Assembly (NCBI GenBank): GCA_013265495.1
Contig: MU059523.1
Location: forward strand, 1,533,761 to 1,597,760
Source of the DNA: Vicugna vicugna
Taxonomy: Eukaryota
Length of the DNA: 64,000 nucleotides
Direction: 5' to 3'
The notes under the pieces are model-generated. The model saw only the letters and a list, made by a program, of their open reading frames with translations, made no database searches and was not told the DNA's origin. Numbering within the stretch: position 1 is the stretch's first letter; each line of letters begins with the position of its first letter. Shown here piece by piece: positions 50,660-64,000 of the stretch. The translations under genes were made by a program, and so were the position numbers.

Positions 50660-53100
50660 GTTAGGAATGTTAATAATTTGGACCTTATCCTATAGGCAGT
50701 AGTTGGCCTTTTGAAGGCTTTTAACTGGAAAGAAAAGAGTCCTGAGAAGCGATGTTTGATGACCATTGATCTGATTTTGGAATGTTGAAGCGCTTAGGAG
50801 GCAGGAGGAGGAAGGGTGACTCCAGCGGTTTTGAAATAGTTGTGCATGAGCCTAGGCTGGGGTAGTAGTGGAAATGAAAGAAAATGCTCTCGTTGTAAGA
50901 GGAGAATCAAATGGCAGTGCACATCCGAGTGTTTATTCCTCTTGCTCTTTAGATTTATTTGCTTTGGCATCCTCATTGCGTCTTTGTAGTCCTGACGCTA
51001 TCAGTAACTAGCTTTTGGACTTTGGACAGATTGCTTCATCTTTCTGGGCCTCAGATTCCTCATCTATAAAGTGAGGGAACTGAACTAGTGATTCCACTAT
51101 TCTGTCAAGCCCAAATTGATTCCAAATCTGTCACTTTTACTTTTCACCAAGCCACCAACCACCAGCATTCACTCATGAGTTCACTGAATATTTTGAGTCC
51201 CTACTGTGTCCCAGATAGTATATTAGACTGGAAAATACACTGTGGAGTCTGATAGATGTCTGCTTTTAGAAGGTCACTGATCCCTTCTGGCCAGGAACTT
51301 TGCCTCACAGCAGCTACTAATAGCAACTTGTAGTGGACCCTTAAGCACACCCAACTTCTGTGAGATGTAAGTTACTCATTTATAACTTTCGTCATCCACA
51401 GGGTCTTTTCCATTCTTACTATTTCAACACTTTATAATTTGTTAGATATTAGAAAGGAAGAAAAGGGAGCAGTCACAGATGACACTGAGGTTTGAAGTTT
51501 GGGTGACTAGGAGAGTGTCAGTTGATCGATTTGACAAAAAAAAAAAAGAATCTAGAAAACCTGTTTTGGATCAGCCTTTGAGTTTTGTCACACATATGCA
51601 AAATCTCAGACCCCTTTTCTTCCTATTTCACAGGAAAGAACTCAAATTTTTGGATCTCCCCCCATTTCTGCTACAAACTACATTGACATCTCATGTGGAA
51701 TATGACTTTGTCCATTGTTATTTTGGGTCCTGTCTGTCTCCTTCCAAACTATTATTCCATCAAGTTTTCCCTTTTGATACACCTTTAATTCTCCCTCTCT
51801 GTTGGACTTTTCCTCTTCACTATTAAACATGCTGGTGTCTATGACATCTTTAATTCAAAAAAAAAAGCCTCAGCTTTTTATATATTGCTTGTCTTCTGTT
51901 TATAACTAGGATTCTTGACAGAGTAGTTATTCATCATCGTCACATCCCTGCTTCCCGTTCATTCATCAACCTGTTGTCATCTAGTTTCTCCCCACCACTT
52001 TACTAATTAGGGCTATTTCCATGATAACCAAAGAGCTGATTGTAAACTCAGAAGATATTTTTCAGCCCTTCAATGACTTGGTCTTTCTGCAGCATTTGAA
52101 ATGGTTATCATTTCCTTTTGAAATTTTTTACTCTGGCTCACAACACACCAGTCCCTAATAGTGTCCCTCCCATTTCTCTGTACCTTTTCTGTTTCCTTCT
52201 TCCTAAGCTTATCTTCAGAATCTATCCTTCCCTTGCCTTGCTTTGCCTTCCCTTCTCTCTCTCTCCATTCCCCTGCCTGAGTTTATCTACTCTTGTGTAA
52301 CGAAAGGAGCTTGAGTTGGGGATTTAAAAAGACCTTGTTTCAAATCCCAGCTTTACTATTTATTGCCTTTGTAAACCTTGGACTAGTACCTTAACTTTTC
52401 TGAGCCTACTTCTTCATTTACAAAATGTAATAGCTACCTTGTTAAGTTGTAACTGTATGTACAAATGCCTAGCTGCATGCCCACTACAAAGTATACACTT
52501 GGCAAATATTAACCCTTTCTCTTTCCCATGACTTCAGCTACTCCAACTATCTTTAGCCCAGATTGTCTCAGGTGTTTCACAGCCTTATTTCTAGCTTCCT
52601 GTTGGATAACATCCTTTGAGTCTTATATGTACAACACAAGTCTGTGGAGATCAAATTATGAGATTGCTTGCTATGGGCCAGACACCCTGCTAAGTGCTGG
52701 AGATAAAATGGATAAATAAAAGGTAGTCTCTCCTCTCAAAGAACATAAAGTCTGTGCAGTGGTGAAATTATATACAGGGTGTTACAGGAATTTGGAGGAA
52801 CAGGTCTTAACTCAGCCTAAGAGGAGTTAGGGAAAACTTTCTGGAAGTGTCTTAAACTAAGCCTTAAAGATTGAATTAGGTATTTGCCAGAATCAGCAAG
52901 AATAAGAAAGGAATTCCACAGAGCAAACAGTATGAGCACAGATACGGAGCAACAAAATAGCAGTTCTGAATTCCTAGAACATTTAGAGGGAGGAAGGCAA
53001 CAGTGGGAGATGAAGCTAGAGAAGTAGACTGGGGAAAGACATGGAAAGTGTCACAGCCATGCTTAGGAATTTGGCTTTTACCCTGCCTATCCTAGGAAGC
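50660..53100. mobile_element. Cluster of L2 and MIR fragments
   Basis: Several L2-like segments (ttcactgaatattttgagtccctactgtgtcccag; gagattgcttgctatgggccagacaccctgctaagtgctggagata) and MIR cores (ttggacagattgcttcatctttctgggcctcag; ttaacttttctgagcctac). Not individually delimited. Confidence 0.55.
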
Positions 53101-55197
53101 CACTAAAGGGGAAAAACAATATAGTTAGCTTTGCAAAGATTGTGAAAAGAAATTTCTTAGAAGAAATGCAATCACTTTCAAATATCTGAAAGACTCAACC
53201 TTATGAGAAATCAGAAAAAGGTAATAGTGAAATAGTCTTTTATATACACAAAATTGGCAGAAACTTAAAAATGTCGATAATCCTCTAATTGTTTGAAAGC
53301 TGTTACATCATCAAGTCTTTGTTAGGCTAAACATTTGCCAGTTACTTCAGTAACTCCTCCAATGCCATGGTTTACAAATATCATCTTAGAAACTTCCAAT
53401 GTGTTCATGTATTCAAATTTGTCTGTTCCAAGTCTTATGTCAAAAATTACCCAGAACTGTGGGTATAGTGTGCCATTGCAAAACAAACAAACCAAAGTGC
53501 TGGCATTCACAGATTTAATATCAGTTTCAACTACCCTCAAACAACTAACATAATCTGTAATATTATTGAGTTTCAAACTTGAACTGTATCTATGACAAGG
53601 CTGGTGTGCTTTTCTAGTGTATAAGCATACCCAACCACCTGGGTACCACGTCTCAAGCAAGCTTAAAATGTTCTCAACATTTTATGGGAAAAAATTATAT
53701 CTCAGTGTGATATTCACAACTTGAAGATTTACAAGGTTAAGATTTATCCTTCCCAATGCCTAGAATGCCCTCTAGTTTACTTCATTTACTTTCTGACTCT
53801 GTGAAAGATAAACATCCCCAACCCTGGCTTTTTTTTAAAATGACATCCACATAATCTAAGGCCTGTATAGGATATTAGTCCCTGACAACTAAGGGTTCCT
53901 TGCTTTGGCAGTAATGGGTGTAAAATAATATTTTAAGAGAGAACATTTTGTTAGTTTGTAATTAAGCTGAGTAACTGGATATAAAAGTCCTGTTAATAGA
54001 AAAGAATGTTTAGATTATCCTAAAATGTAACAGGATATCATGTTAAATACAGAGTTAGTATATTGGGGGAATATTTATCTAAGTAAATTTTAATAAAAGC
54101 AGCTCCTATGGAAGAAGATGTATGCTTTGAAATCACCTACCTAATAACCTATGAAAGTGAATATCATTGTATGATGGATCTCTTTACATTAAGGGGGGGG
54201 GAAGGATATTAAAAAACCAAAAACGAGAAGGCTAGATGAAGATATAGAATAAGAAGAAACTAAGATGTTTATATTTCTATTAGCCCCCCAAAATATTACT
54301 AAATATTTGCATAAAGATTATAAGAAGGAATAGTAGAGTGGGCAGGAAATGGATTGAAAGTCCTAAGCTAAATATGTTTTTGCTGTTAGTAGCCATGTCA
54401 TAATCCCCAAATTTTCACTCTTTCTCTCTCTGCCTTCCTGATATTCTAACACTATTTTTGGTTCTATTGCCCTGGCAATTCTACATAGATCAGAAATTCA
54501 GGTAGTCATAATTTTTTTTTGTCTTGTATATGCAGAGGAGTACAAAGAAAATCACAGATGAAAAGAATAAATTCAAGTTATATTAAAATGTTTGAGGCAT
54601 TGAGAAAATTCATCTCTGCCATAAAAAGAGGCCAGGAATAAACATGTCAAGAAAATAAAGAAAATCTCTGTTTTTCTGCTTGAATTTAACAATTTAGCAT
54701 AACCCCAGTGTTCCCATATCAGCTACAAGCTTGTAAGAGAACCAATTCTTTAATACCTTCTCCAAGTGTCTCCCTGTTTATACTATACTTCTAATGAAAA
54801 TTTTTCCGAGTTTGTTCTGCATCAGCCACTCGTTTAGAATTAAAAAGAAAAAAACTTAAAACTTCTGTTTTTCCATCCTTTGTAGTCTTCCTTTCATGTT
54901 AGAGCTTTTCTTTACTGTTTTTTTTTCTCTTGATCTTTTCTCTCTTCCTCTCTCACATTAACTTTTCTTCTCCACCTCCTGAGTCATTGCTTAATTTTTA
55001 GAAGTAAAGGATTTTATTTACTATATCTATTCTATAGTCACTGGAAGAATGAATGGAAGTTAGCTACTCTTAGTAGTGAAATTTTACCAAGTTTTAGTTA
55101 CTGAATTATAGGGAAAGAGCAAAACTTTGAACAATTATAACATACTAGCTAAATTATAGTCTAAAAGAGTAATTCAACTTTCATATGCTAAACTTTT

Positions 55198-55307
55198 TTT
55201 AACATTCTTTATTGATTTATAACCATTTTACAATGTTGTGTCAAATTCCAGTGTAGAGCACAATTTTTCAGTTATACGTGAACATATATATATATATTCA
55301 TTGTCAC
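55198..55307 (-). mobile_element. Young 5'-truncated camelid-type L1 3' end with perfect 16-bp TSD
   Basis: aacattctttattgatttataacc...gtgtcaaattccagtgtagagcacaatttttcagttatacgtgaac, flanked by catatgctaaactttt at 55182-55197 and 55308-55323. Confidence 0.9.
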
Positions 55308-55543
55308 CATATGCTAAACTTTTAAGCATTAGCTCACATTTGACAATAAATACATATATGTAATTTCTTTTACTACTATAAATGGTACTATAATAATGTA
55401 ACCTTTTTTAAGTATAGTCACATGTATACTTCCAAATGAATATTGTTCTTCAAAGTAGAAATTAAGCTATACTAGTATTCCAAATATATTGTTGTTGTCC
55501 AAAACATTTTCAGAAATCGTCTTGTAATTGTGGATGTTATTCC

Positions 55544-55725
55544 CTTATTATGGACTGAATGTGTGCGTTCTCACAAAATTCACATGTTGAAGCCTACCCC
55601 ACGATGTGATGATATTTGGAGATGGGGCTTTGAGAGGTACTTAGGGTTAGATGAGGTTGTGAGAGTAGGGCCCTGGCCTAATAGGATTAATGCCCTTATA
55701 AGAAGAGACACCAGAGAACTTGCCA
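55544..55725 (+). mobile_element. MLT1A/B-like LTR 5' fragment
   Basis: tatggactgaatgtgtgcgttctcacaaaattcacatgttgaagcctacccc...atttggagatggggctttg...gcccttataagaagagacaccagaga. Confidence 0.8.
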
Positions 55726-56489
55726 CATTTACTAGAATATTTAATTACATAAATTACAAAATTAATTTAATTACATAAATAAAGCGAAGAACAAGTTACC
55801 ATATTTCATTTTTTGCATACTTACTGTTTTGATACATAGGTTTTGTTCATTCCTTCAACAACTTTTGGGTGCTGACTGTGAGTCAAGCACATACAAGGTG
55901 CAATAGATACAAGTGCACCTTTAAAGGAATTCATACCATGAATATATAATCTTACAGAATTAGGAACTCCAAAGGCTAAATGAAAATATGCATTTCCCAG
56001 AAGAAAAAGATGATTTAATGAAATGTTATCATGCAGTTATAATGTTTTTCAAAGAAATGACTCTGGAAATTTTGTAAAAGAATTGTTTTATGGCTAGACA
56101 ATATATGACTGAAAAACATAAATATTTTAGTTATTTATCAAATCCAGCAATTTGTAATTTCAACTATAGTATTCATCAATGTGATGAACAGTTCAAATTA
56201 ATTCCAAATCCTATTCTAAATTAACTTCTTCAAAAATGATAAATTTTAAACTTCTAAAGGCCATGTATTTCTTAAATTCTGTCATTTTCTCCACAATAAT
56301 CAAAATATAAAACCTTAGAATGATAAGACTACATAAGAGAAACCCTTTAATTGCAACAAATTATATTTCTTGAACTTTTCTATAAAAACTACTCAAGGAA
56401 TGAATAGGATCTTCTCATTTAGTTAGGATGGCTTAGTTTTTTCAGTTCTTTCTTTTCGTAGATGTTGTCATATTTATAGTAGGTAGCGC

Positions 56490-56533
56490 TCATGAACAGG
56501 CAACTGACTGTCTGTGGGTCCACCTGGAAGAAT
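56490..56533 (-). CDS. RANBP3L: RANBP3L last coding exon
   Basis: catcacag|AT TCT...TCA TGA. (D)SSRWTHRQSVACS*, matching the RANBP3L C-terminus. Confidence 0.93.
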
Positions 56534-58289
56534 CTGTGATGTAAATTTAAAATAATTTATTATACAATATTATATTCAGTTTAATTTTTTCAAAATTACT
56601 ATAACTACAATAATTTATTAATGGTAAAATGCATGGTTAAAGATGTATATTGTAACATCAGAAGCATAAAATGGGGTAAAATGTTAAAATATAACATATT
56701 TTTTTCAGAGTTGGTTAGTTTAATATATAATTCAATTGAACATGAATACTCTCAAATATGCCTACTGGTGAGGAGATAAAATACATAGAATCTACATTTT
56801 TAAAAGTAACATTTGGAAATATTACTAGTTTTAAATGTGACAGATAATTAAAACTTTCCTTGATTCATGGGCAACAAGTTTGAAAAATCAGACATTTGAT
56901 TGCTTCCCTAACATTTAACATTTGTATGCAACCCCTCCTGGAGGAGGTGCTCAGTGGAAAGGGGAAGAGGTAGCAGGGAAAGGGGGTTCATATGATTGAC
57001 ATTTACTTTGTCTCTTTTCCATTGTTTCCCATTTTATACGAAGATAGCTGCATATCACCTCTTTCTTAAAGTGGAATATGGTATAATATGCATTGTGTTC
57101 ATAACCATGTGTCATTTGTTGATGAAATAATTTTGCCATTTAATCCTTATTGCAAGTTAACATTTTAATGGATACCAACTCATTTTCTAAACACCCCATT
57201 TTATTGTTGACAATATAAACTTTATAATAGTATAAAAGAATTTTTTTTATTCATTTCATACATTTCAAAAAATACTAAGCCATTTGTTTAAGAACAACAA
57301 GAAAGACTGTATTCACTTAGTTCTCTGTCTCACTGAGTCTAGCAATTTATGGTCCCACTGTGCAAGTTTTGTGCATTTTTCCTCTTGGTTACGTTTTTAG
57401 TATTAGGCCAAGGAAGCTGTTTCATCAAGTTCGGCACATGTTCTTTGGTAGATTCTTAAATTATGTATGATTAAAATAGCTGTAAGATTTAAAATGGTTA
57501 AAAATTGGGAAAATGCCTGCCAACTATTTTTGTACGTCCATTGTCAGTCCTCGGTAGAGCAGAATTCAGGGCTAAATAAAACTATTAAGACTGAAAATAC
57601 TTGGATGACTTTATTGGAATAGCTACATCTATATAACAAACTGGGCTGATTATTTCCTTGACAATGTTTTTCTCCAAAAATAATGAAGAATTTTAGTTTT
57701 AAATTCACTCATCAGGACAAGCACTAAAACCTAAAATCCATTAAATGATGGTTCCCTTGCAGCCTTGCTCAATTCATGAATCCTGATGTAATGAAACAAA
57801 TAGCACTTTCGCCCTAGGCAAAGAAGGTCTTTGAAAATAAAGCAGTCAAATTCCAAAAAAGGGAATAAACAGGATTTTTCAATATTTCAAGCCAGATTTG
57901 CCTGCTGGTTCTATTATGAGTATCTATCATTTCTCCTACTATGGCCAATAATAGGAGAATGGGGAGAAGTGAAGAGAAATATGAATGAATGGTTAATTTC
58001 AGTGTAGCAATTAATACTTTACATTGTAAATATGGTCGTTTATGAAATGAATATGCAAATGATGTGCAGATACAGCAATGAGGCTGACTTTCGGTAACAT
58101 TCTAATGAAGGCCACATGAAGAAGACAGTGATTTTCAAACCCACCTCTCAAATCCAAATATCGAGGGCTCTAACCCCAGCCCAATTTGAAAAGATAAGTT
58201 TCACTTTTTAAATGTCTATTTCATATGGTAGGGTTGTGAATAAGATTTCTTTCTTAAACCTCTGAACTGACAAAAGAAAAGTTCTTTAC

Positions 58290-58479
58290 CTGATCTAGTT
58301 TTTGTGACTTGGATGAAATCATCCTCATCCTCATCACAGCTATCACAGTTAAATTGCTGGAGGACTGTTTCTGGCTGGCTTTCAGCTTGATTTACATCTT
58401 GCTGCTTGTCGAAGCTTCGAAGTGCAACAAGACGATGATGTATTGCTGCATATAGACATCCTGTATCTTTGACACTGGC
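58290..58479 (-). CDS. RANBP3L: RANBP3L penultimate coding exon
   Basis: cttgtag|GCC...TCA G|gtaaag. ASVKDTGCLYAAIHHRLVALRSFDKQQDVNQAESQPETVLQQFNCDSCDEDEDDFIQVTKTRS. 190 nt. Confidence 0.95.
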
Positions 58480-61413
58480 CTACAAGTTGTTAAGAAAATT
58501 AGTAACTTAATAACAGCCACATTTTATAGATTTGTAATCTTTTACTATTAATAAGGAAGGGATTATGTGGCGTAAATCTGGAACGTAAATAACCCTAAAA
58601 ATTAAAAGGGCAAAGAGCCAGTTTATCTTGAACCAAATTGAATCCTAAAGCAGGTAATTTTATGAGGTCCCAATGTATGCATTTTAAACGAAGAAAATGA
58701 AATTTTGTGATTTAAAATTTCTATATGAATTTAAATTTGTTAAGACCATCCTTCCTTCACTGTTTTACACTGTAGAAAATTATAGGGTTAGAGGGGGAAA
58801 AGCTTTCATTTCCTTTACATCACTTGCTTAGACATCCCTGGCAAGCTACATGGCTCTGTAGAAAAGCAGAGTTTGTTCAAATAGTCTGTGATATTGTACC
58901 ATAAGCACATCAGAAGTCCTTGCTCTCAGTATTTTTCTATTTTCAGAGTTGCTATCAGTATAAAAACTGATGGTAACAATAACATTAGTATAACATTTGC
59001 TGTTGTTATGTTCTTTAATTTATTCAATTCTTATAATAAAACCAAAGTTAATTATTTCATCTGTGTTAGTAAAAGCACATAGTACAGGTACTTGTTTCCT
59101 CTTCCCTTTACAGATGAGAAAATTATGGTTCCGAAAGTCACGACCTGTCCGAGTGTACACAGCTGGCTGGCGAATTGGCTGGGACTTGGTTTTTGTCGTC
59201 AAAGTCAGTGCTCTTTAAGGTAACATATCAGTGGTTTACATTTTTGTATCTTTTCACAGTTTCAAAGGAAATCTGGGGAAAATTTTTTCTCTTCGCTAAT
59301 CCTTCAGAGAGCTATTGAATCTTTCAAAGCCAAGAACTGAGAATTGAACCAACTACAATGCCAACATTTTGGGAGAGGGTCTTAAAATATGTTTTTTTGT
59401 TTGCATGTTCTTAAGTTGCCTTAATTATTTTTAGGGAAAAAAACTATATATTAAATATTTTTGTTTTTCATATTATATTAGATATTACATAATAGGTGTT
59501 GAATAAATATTTGTTGACTTTTGACCAATTTAACTTTTTACATCATGTGTAAAGGTGTAATTTTTCTTCAGTAAGTTATTTAATAACAAATATTGAAAGA
59601 GTATTGTAATTGAAATACAGATACTGTTCTGCTACTTTGACTTTTTTACATTAAATTTTAAATATGCCTTTCACTAGTATGTATTTCCTTTTGCCAAATG
59701 CACTCAGATGTTTTCATTCAAGAAATTCAGAACAAGAAGTTAAAAATAAAAGCAGTGATATATTTTTTGAACAATAAATTTGCAGTATTTAAAAAAAAAT
59801 TCCAAGAAGTACCATAAGAAAATGCTGGTGAAAATGAAAATTGGTCAGTTTTTCTGGAGAGAAATTTGTCAAAACAAGTCAAAACCTTTTCCCAAGAGAA
59901 TTAACATGTATGTACATAGAGAATTTCTTGCAACTTCCTTGTAGAATTTGTAATAATAAACACAGTAAACGACCTAAGTATTTAGCAAAATGGGATTGGT
60001 GGAATAAATTATGGTACATAATAGAATTATTTTCACCTATGAAATAATTCTTGAAGAATGAACTACTATTTAATAAAGGAAAACACTCATTTTCATTGAT
60101 AAGTGAAAAGGTTAAAGTATATTTCACAATCAAATACTAGCTATCTAATCTTAACCACTTTATAAAGTGTATTATTATTGTCTTCCTTTGGCAGATGAGT
60201 AAAATCAGGTTGAAGAAGGCTAAATAATTTGCCTGATGGTCATACAGTATGTACAGTATGGTACATATGTATACACGTACCCACACATCCATATATATAT
60301 ACTAAAATATAGTTAAGACCAAAATGTTACTAGTGACCATCTCTGGGAGTGGAATTTTGGGTGATTTTTATTGTATTTCATTTGCTAATCTCTAAAAATT
60401 ATCTGACAATTTAAAAAGTCCATGTGGGCCAATATCAAGCAGCAGAATCTAATGGTAGTTAAATCTAATCTAATCTAATCATAGTCTCACTGTCAGTCTC
60501 AGGCAGGCTCCTTTACCCACTCAAAGCCGGGGGGCTCTGGCCTAGCAGAGAATCCAGTATTACCTCCCGAAATGGTAAACAGAGTTTGGGTGTCTTACTC
60601 TAACATCTTAATACTCAGCATCACTTAAACCTAACAGTGCACTTACTAGTAGTTAATAAAACCATTGGTTTTTCATCAGTGGGCACTTGCCAACTTTTTT
60701 TTTTTTTTCATTGCTATTTGGAAGCCAATTTACTTGCATTGTCATCTTCTGCCTGAGTCACTTGGATACTCAGTCTTCTCCAGTCTTCTGGGTCTCAGAC
60801 TAAGGGGGAAATCCAGCCTTTTATTCTGGCCTGATTCCTGCCAGCTCTATCTCTTTTGCCTGGATCTTGTATTTGAGGTCAAGCGTTCCTGCTGCCAGGA
60901 ACAGCTACAGCTATGTTCCCATTCTGTTACCTTGGAGACTGATTCATGTCCAGAATTGGAAATTGCTGTTGGACTGGTTGTTTCAACTTGCTAGCCCTGT
61001 GTTTTTCTATTTCTCACTGGGTCCTTTCCAGTAATCTTGAAGCCTCCATTTCAGCATGCAGTATAAGCATCAGACTGTGGATTCCCCTGGCCTCCTAGGA
61101 GCCAATCCTGACAATAGCCTCTTTGGTAACTTAATAAGATTGTTGACATAATTTTAATAGTGAGGTGTGGAGGTTTGATGGCATATGCCAGTACAAATGT
61201 CCAGGGGTGGTGTCAACTGACTACTCTAAATTGGTGTTAATCTCAAAATTTCATAAAAAATTTAGGTGTTATGTTAGACTGCAAACAACCATAATAAATG
61301 GTTGATTTTTTGCCAATGGTACAGGTTATTATAATAAAATGAAAAAAATTAGTAATTTCAGAGATCTATAAATATAGTAGGGTGATACTCTACCATTGAA
61401 ATTTGTCACTTAC

Positions 61414-61556
61414 CTGAATTAAAAACACTTTGATGTTATAATCTTCTAAATCAGTAGCTGTTATTCGTAAATTTTTGTGGTTTGCTCTTTGAATCTCCAT
61501 TTGAGCCCAGAGTTTGCTATTGAGAATCAGCCTGAGGCTGCCTTGGTTGCGCATAA
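61414..61556 (-). CDS. RANBP3L: RANBP3L internal exon (Ran-binding domain)
   Basis: atttcag|TT ATG CGC...ATT CAG|gtaagt. (I)MRNQGSLRLILNSKLWAQMEIQRANHKNLRITATDLEDYNIKVFLIQ. 143 nt. Confidence 0.96.
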
Positions 61557-62799
61557 CTGAAATAAGAAGGTGAATTTATCAGATTTCAGAACAATTGATT
61601 CCTTAGTCTTCCAGAAGACTTTGCCATTTTTTGAAAGTAAATAAATCTTGTAGTTGGTTTTCAGACTCTGTTTTCACTATTAAATTGCAATTTGACTAGA
61701 TTATAACTTGGCTTTCAAATTGGGCTTTATTATGTTGGAAGACTTTTTTTAGCTTAAATACTGGAATTACATTTTTTTAAACTATAATATTAAAAATGGT
61801 TATAATTTTAGTACTCTTTTAAGGACCTGGTGGTCTGAAGAATATTTATCCAAGAGTTGTTTACAATGGAGAAAACTGAAACAAAAACTTTAAGCATTTA
61901 AAAAATGGAATTAGTTAAATAAATGATGATACAGCTATTGAAGATATTATGAACCCATTTAGGATACTGAAGAAAGATAATTAATGATATAGAAAGGTGA
62001 CCATGGTATACTATGTAAAAGAAAAAAAGCAATATAAACACCATGAATCACAAATGATTCAATATATTTTATACATTTATGGTATATAAAGTCCAGAAAA
62101 ATATATTTTATTCATAGAGGCTAGCTACTACAGGAAGATAAGCCTATGAATAATTTAATTTTTTTCTTTTTGTTTATCCGTGTTCTCTGTCTTCTGTAAT
62201 GAATATGTATTACCTACAAAATTAAAAGAAACGTTTTGTTGGGTTTTTGGCAGGTAGTGGAAGGAGTAAAATGTAGAAAACATTGTAGAAGACAAGTAGT
62301 ACCTGCTTTGGTTGGATTATTTGGAAACCTGTTTGCCTGTTACAGAACTGAAGGACACTGTTCCTACTCTCTAGTCTGAATTCTATTCCTTACTCTTTTG
62401 ATCTTGTTACCTGAAACTTTACACATATCCATTTACCAGCTTCTACCTGTGGTCTCCTCCACAATCTTTGCCCACCAAATATTGACCAGTAAACCCAGCC
62501 TGCCAATAGCTCTGCCTGTGCTTTCTTTCAGTCTGGGCCTCTGAGCAATGCCCAGTGTGTCTTTTGGATGCCAAAATCCTCCTCAGTCTCTCCGTTTGAC
62601 CACATTCTGATCAACACTCACTCTGCCTGCAGGATTCAGTAACCACACACCTTTATTTACTTGGAAACTGACCCTTCATTCCAACCCACACACCATGTTT
62701 AGAATGCTAGGAATAAATTATAGGGCAAATATTCTCTTTTAGAAAAACTATTGCATTTAAGAAAAATGTCATCCTATTCCTTTAAATAATAATGAGATT

Positions 62800-63005
62800 A
62801 CTATTTAGGTGTGTGCTGGGCTCTGTCATAAGTGATTTACATGCATTATCTCACTGAATTCTCACAAAACTAAGTCATGGGCTACTGTTATCTTCATTTT
62901 AAACTGATGCAACTAAGGCAGAGGGAGGTTAAGTAACTTGTCCAAGGTTATCAGTTAGTGATGGAGCCAGAACTGGAACCTGTGTAGTCTGACCTCAGAG
63001 CCGAC
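62800..63005 (-). mobile_element. MIR
   Basis: cattatctcactgaattctcacaaaac...gaggttaagtaacttgtccaaggtta...gagccagaactggaacc. Confidence 0.75.
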
Positions 63006-63159
63006 TTTAAACAGGAAGCTCCAATAGTACATTGGAAACAATATTGTTTTCAGCAGTCTAATTTACTGACATACAACAGATCTCCAGAACACAATGTGTT
63101 CCTATATTGGAAAAATTTCCCTAAGAAATAGTGACTTGCTTTACGAAATAATTCCTTAC

Positions 63160-63280
63160 TTAGTCTTGACTGGAATGTTCCACAATCACTGCTTGTTGCG
63201 TCATTCAGTCTCAAAGCTCCTCTGCCCCTTTCAATCCAGGACTGTGCTGTTTTGTTGAATATAAAAAGCTTGCAGTTGAT
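63160..63280 (-). CDS. RANBP3L: RANBP3L internal exon (Ran-binding domain); upstream exons outside window
   Basis: cctttag|ATC AAC...CTA A|gtaagg. INCKLFIFNKTAQSWIERGRGALRLNDATSSDCGTFQSRL, with the RanBD W-x-ERG-x-G-x-LR-LND motif. 121 nt. Confidence 0.96.
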
Positions 63281-63857
63281 CTAAAGGACAATTTTTTTAA
63301 ATGTCAAAATATAGAAATTTTTCAAAATGATTTCTTTCCTCAGTTATAACACTTTTATTTGTCTGATATTTTATCAGAATAACCTTTGTTAATGATTTCT
63401 AAACCAGCTTTACAAATTTATCTAACTTCTAAAACCGGACAATTTTTGAATGGTCAAACGTTAAAAAACAAAAAGATGCAAAGTGAAAAATACCCCACCA
63501 ACTCTAGTTCCCAGTCTTCCAGTTTTCACCCCCTGCAACGAGTAATCACTGTTGCTAATGTTTTGCTTATTTTTCTAGAGATATTTGTATGTCTATACAT
63601 GCAAATATATGTATTTTCTCCCATTTTTTTCTATAAATGGTAGAATGCCATACATACTTTCTGCATCTTGATTTTTCACTTAACAATATGTATCTATATA
63701 TAGCAGCTTTTGAAATAAACAGTGTTATTTGAGCGATGTAGTTTATCTGAAAGTAAAGGAATCATGGAACTATTTGTATACTTTAAAAATTTCAACAAAT
63801 ACAGCATTAGAACTAGGATGTGATACCACAGAGTATTGTACTATAATTTAATGCTTA

Positions 63858-64000
63858 CAAGTGGTTCTCAAATACTATTGGGTACAAGAATCACTTAGAT
63901 GACTTGTTACAAATACAGCATGCCAGGGCCCCATCCTTAGTGATACTGCAGTGAATCTGGGATTAAACTGGTATGAGAGTTATGTTTGAGACACATTTGT
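63858..64000 (+). mobile_element. MER5A-like fragment
   Basis: gtggttctcaaa...agaatcacttagatgacttgttacaaatacag...gggcccc. Confidence 0.6.

Noticed and set aside
55741-55780. Short repeat ttaattacataaat x2; also (ATCTA)n near 60463 and (CCA)n near 42055 and 46970
   Set aside because: Ordinary low-complexity slippage products with no further structure.

Overview
Mammalian genomic DNA, probably a camelid (tRNA-derived SINE and L1 3'-tail types). The gene order is SKP2(+) -> <-NADK2(-) <-RANBP3L(-), as I recall it for human 5p13.2. The window holds the last coding exon and 3' UTR of SKP2, including the start of the alternative 'SKP2B/isoform 2' terminal exon. It holds the complete 12-exon CDS of mitochondrial NAD kinase NADK2: 1329 nt, 442 aa, all introns GT-AG, phases checked by hand, plus its CpG-island promoter. 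It also holds the last four coding exons of RANBP3L. The rest is intron or intergenic DNA with ancient repeats (L2, MIR, L1ME, MLT1, MER20, MER5A) and younger ones (SINEs, L1 fragments with target-site duplications). There are two N-gaps, 3565-3693 and 20682-20821. Most ORFs in the supplied track are spurious. I found no convincing new multi-gene system. The best leads are splicing and translation features: a frameshifted SKP2B exon, a probable NADK2 cassette exon hidden in an N-gap, a candidate NADK2 poison exon that makes a stop exactly at the junction, a uORF overlapping the NADK2 start as ATGA, and a rearranged (deleted and inverted) L1 in NADK2 intron 1. Comparisons to human and mouse proteins are from memory and need alignment. 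Repeat subfamily names are pattern-level calls, not RepeatMasker output.
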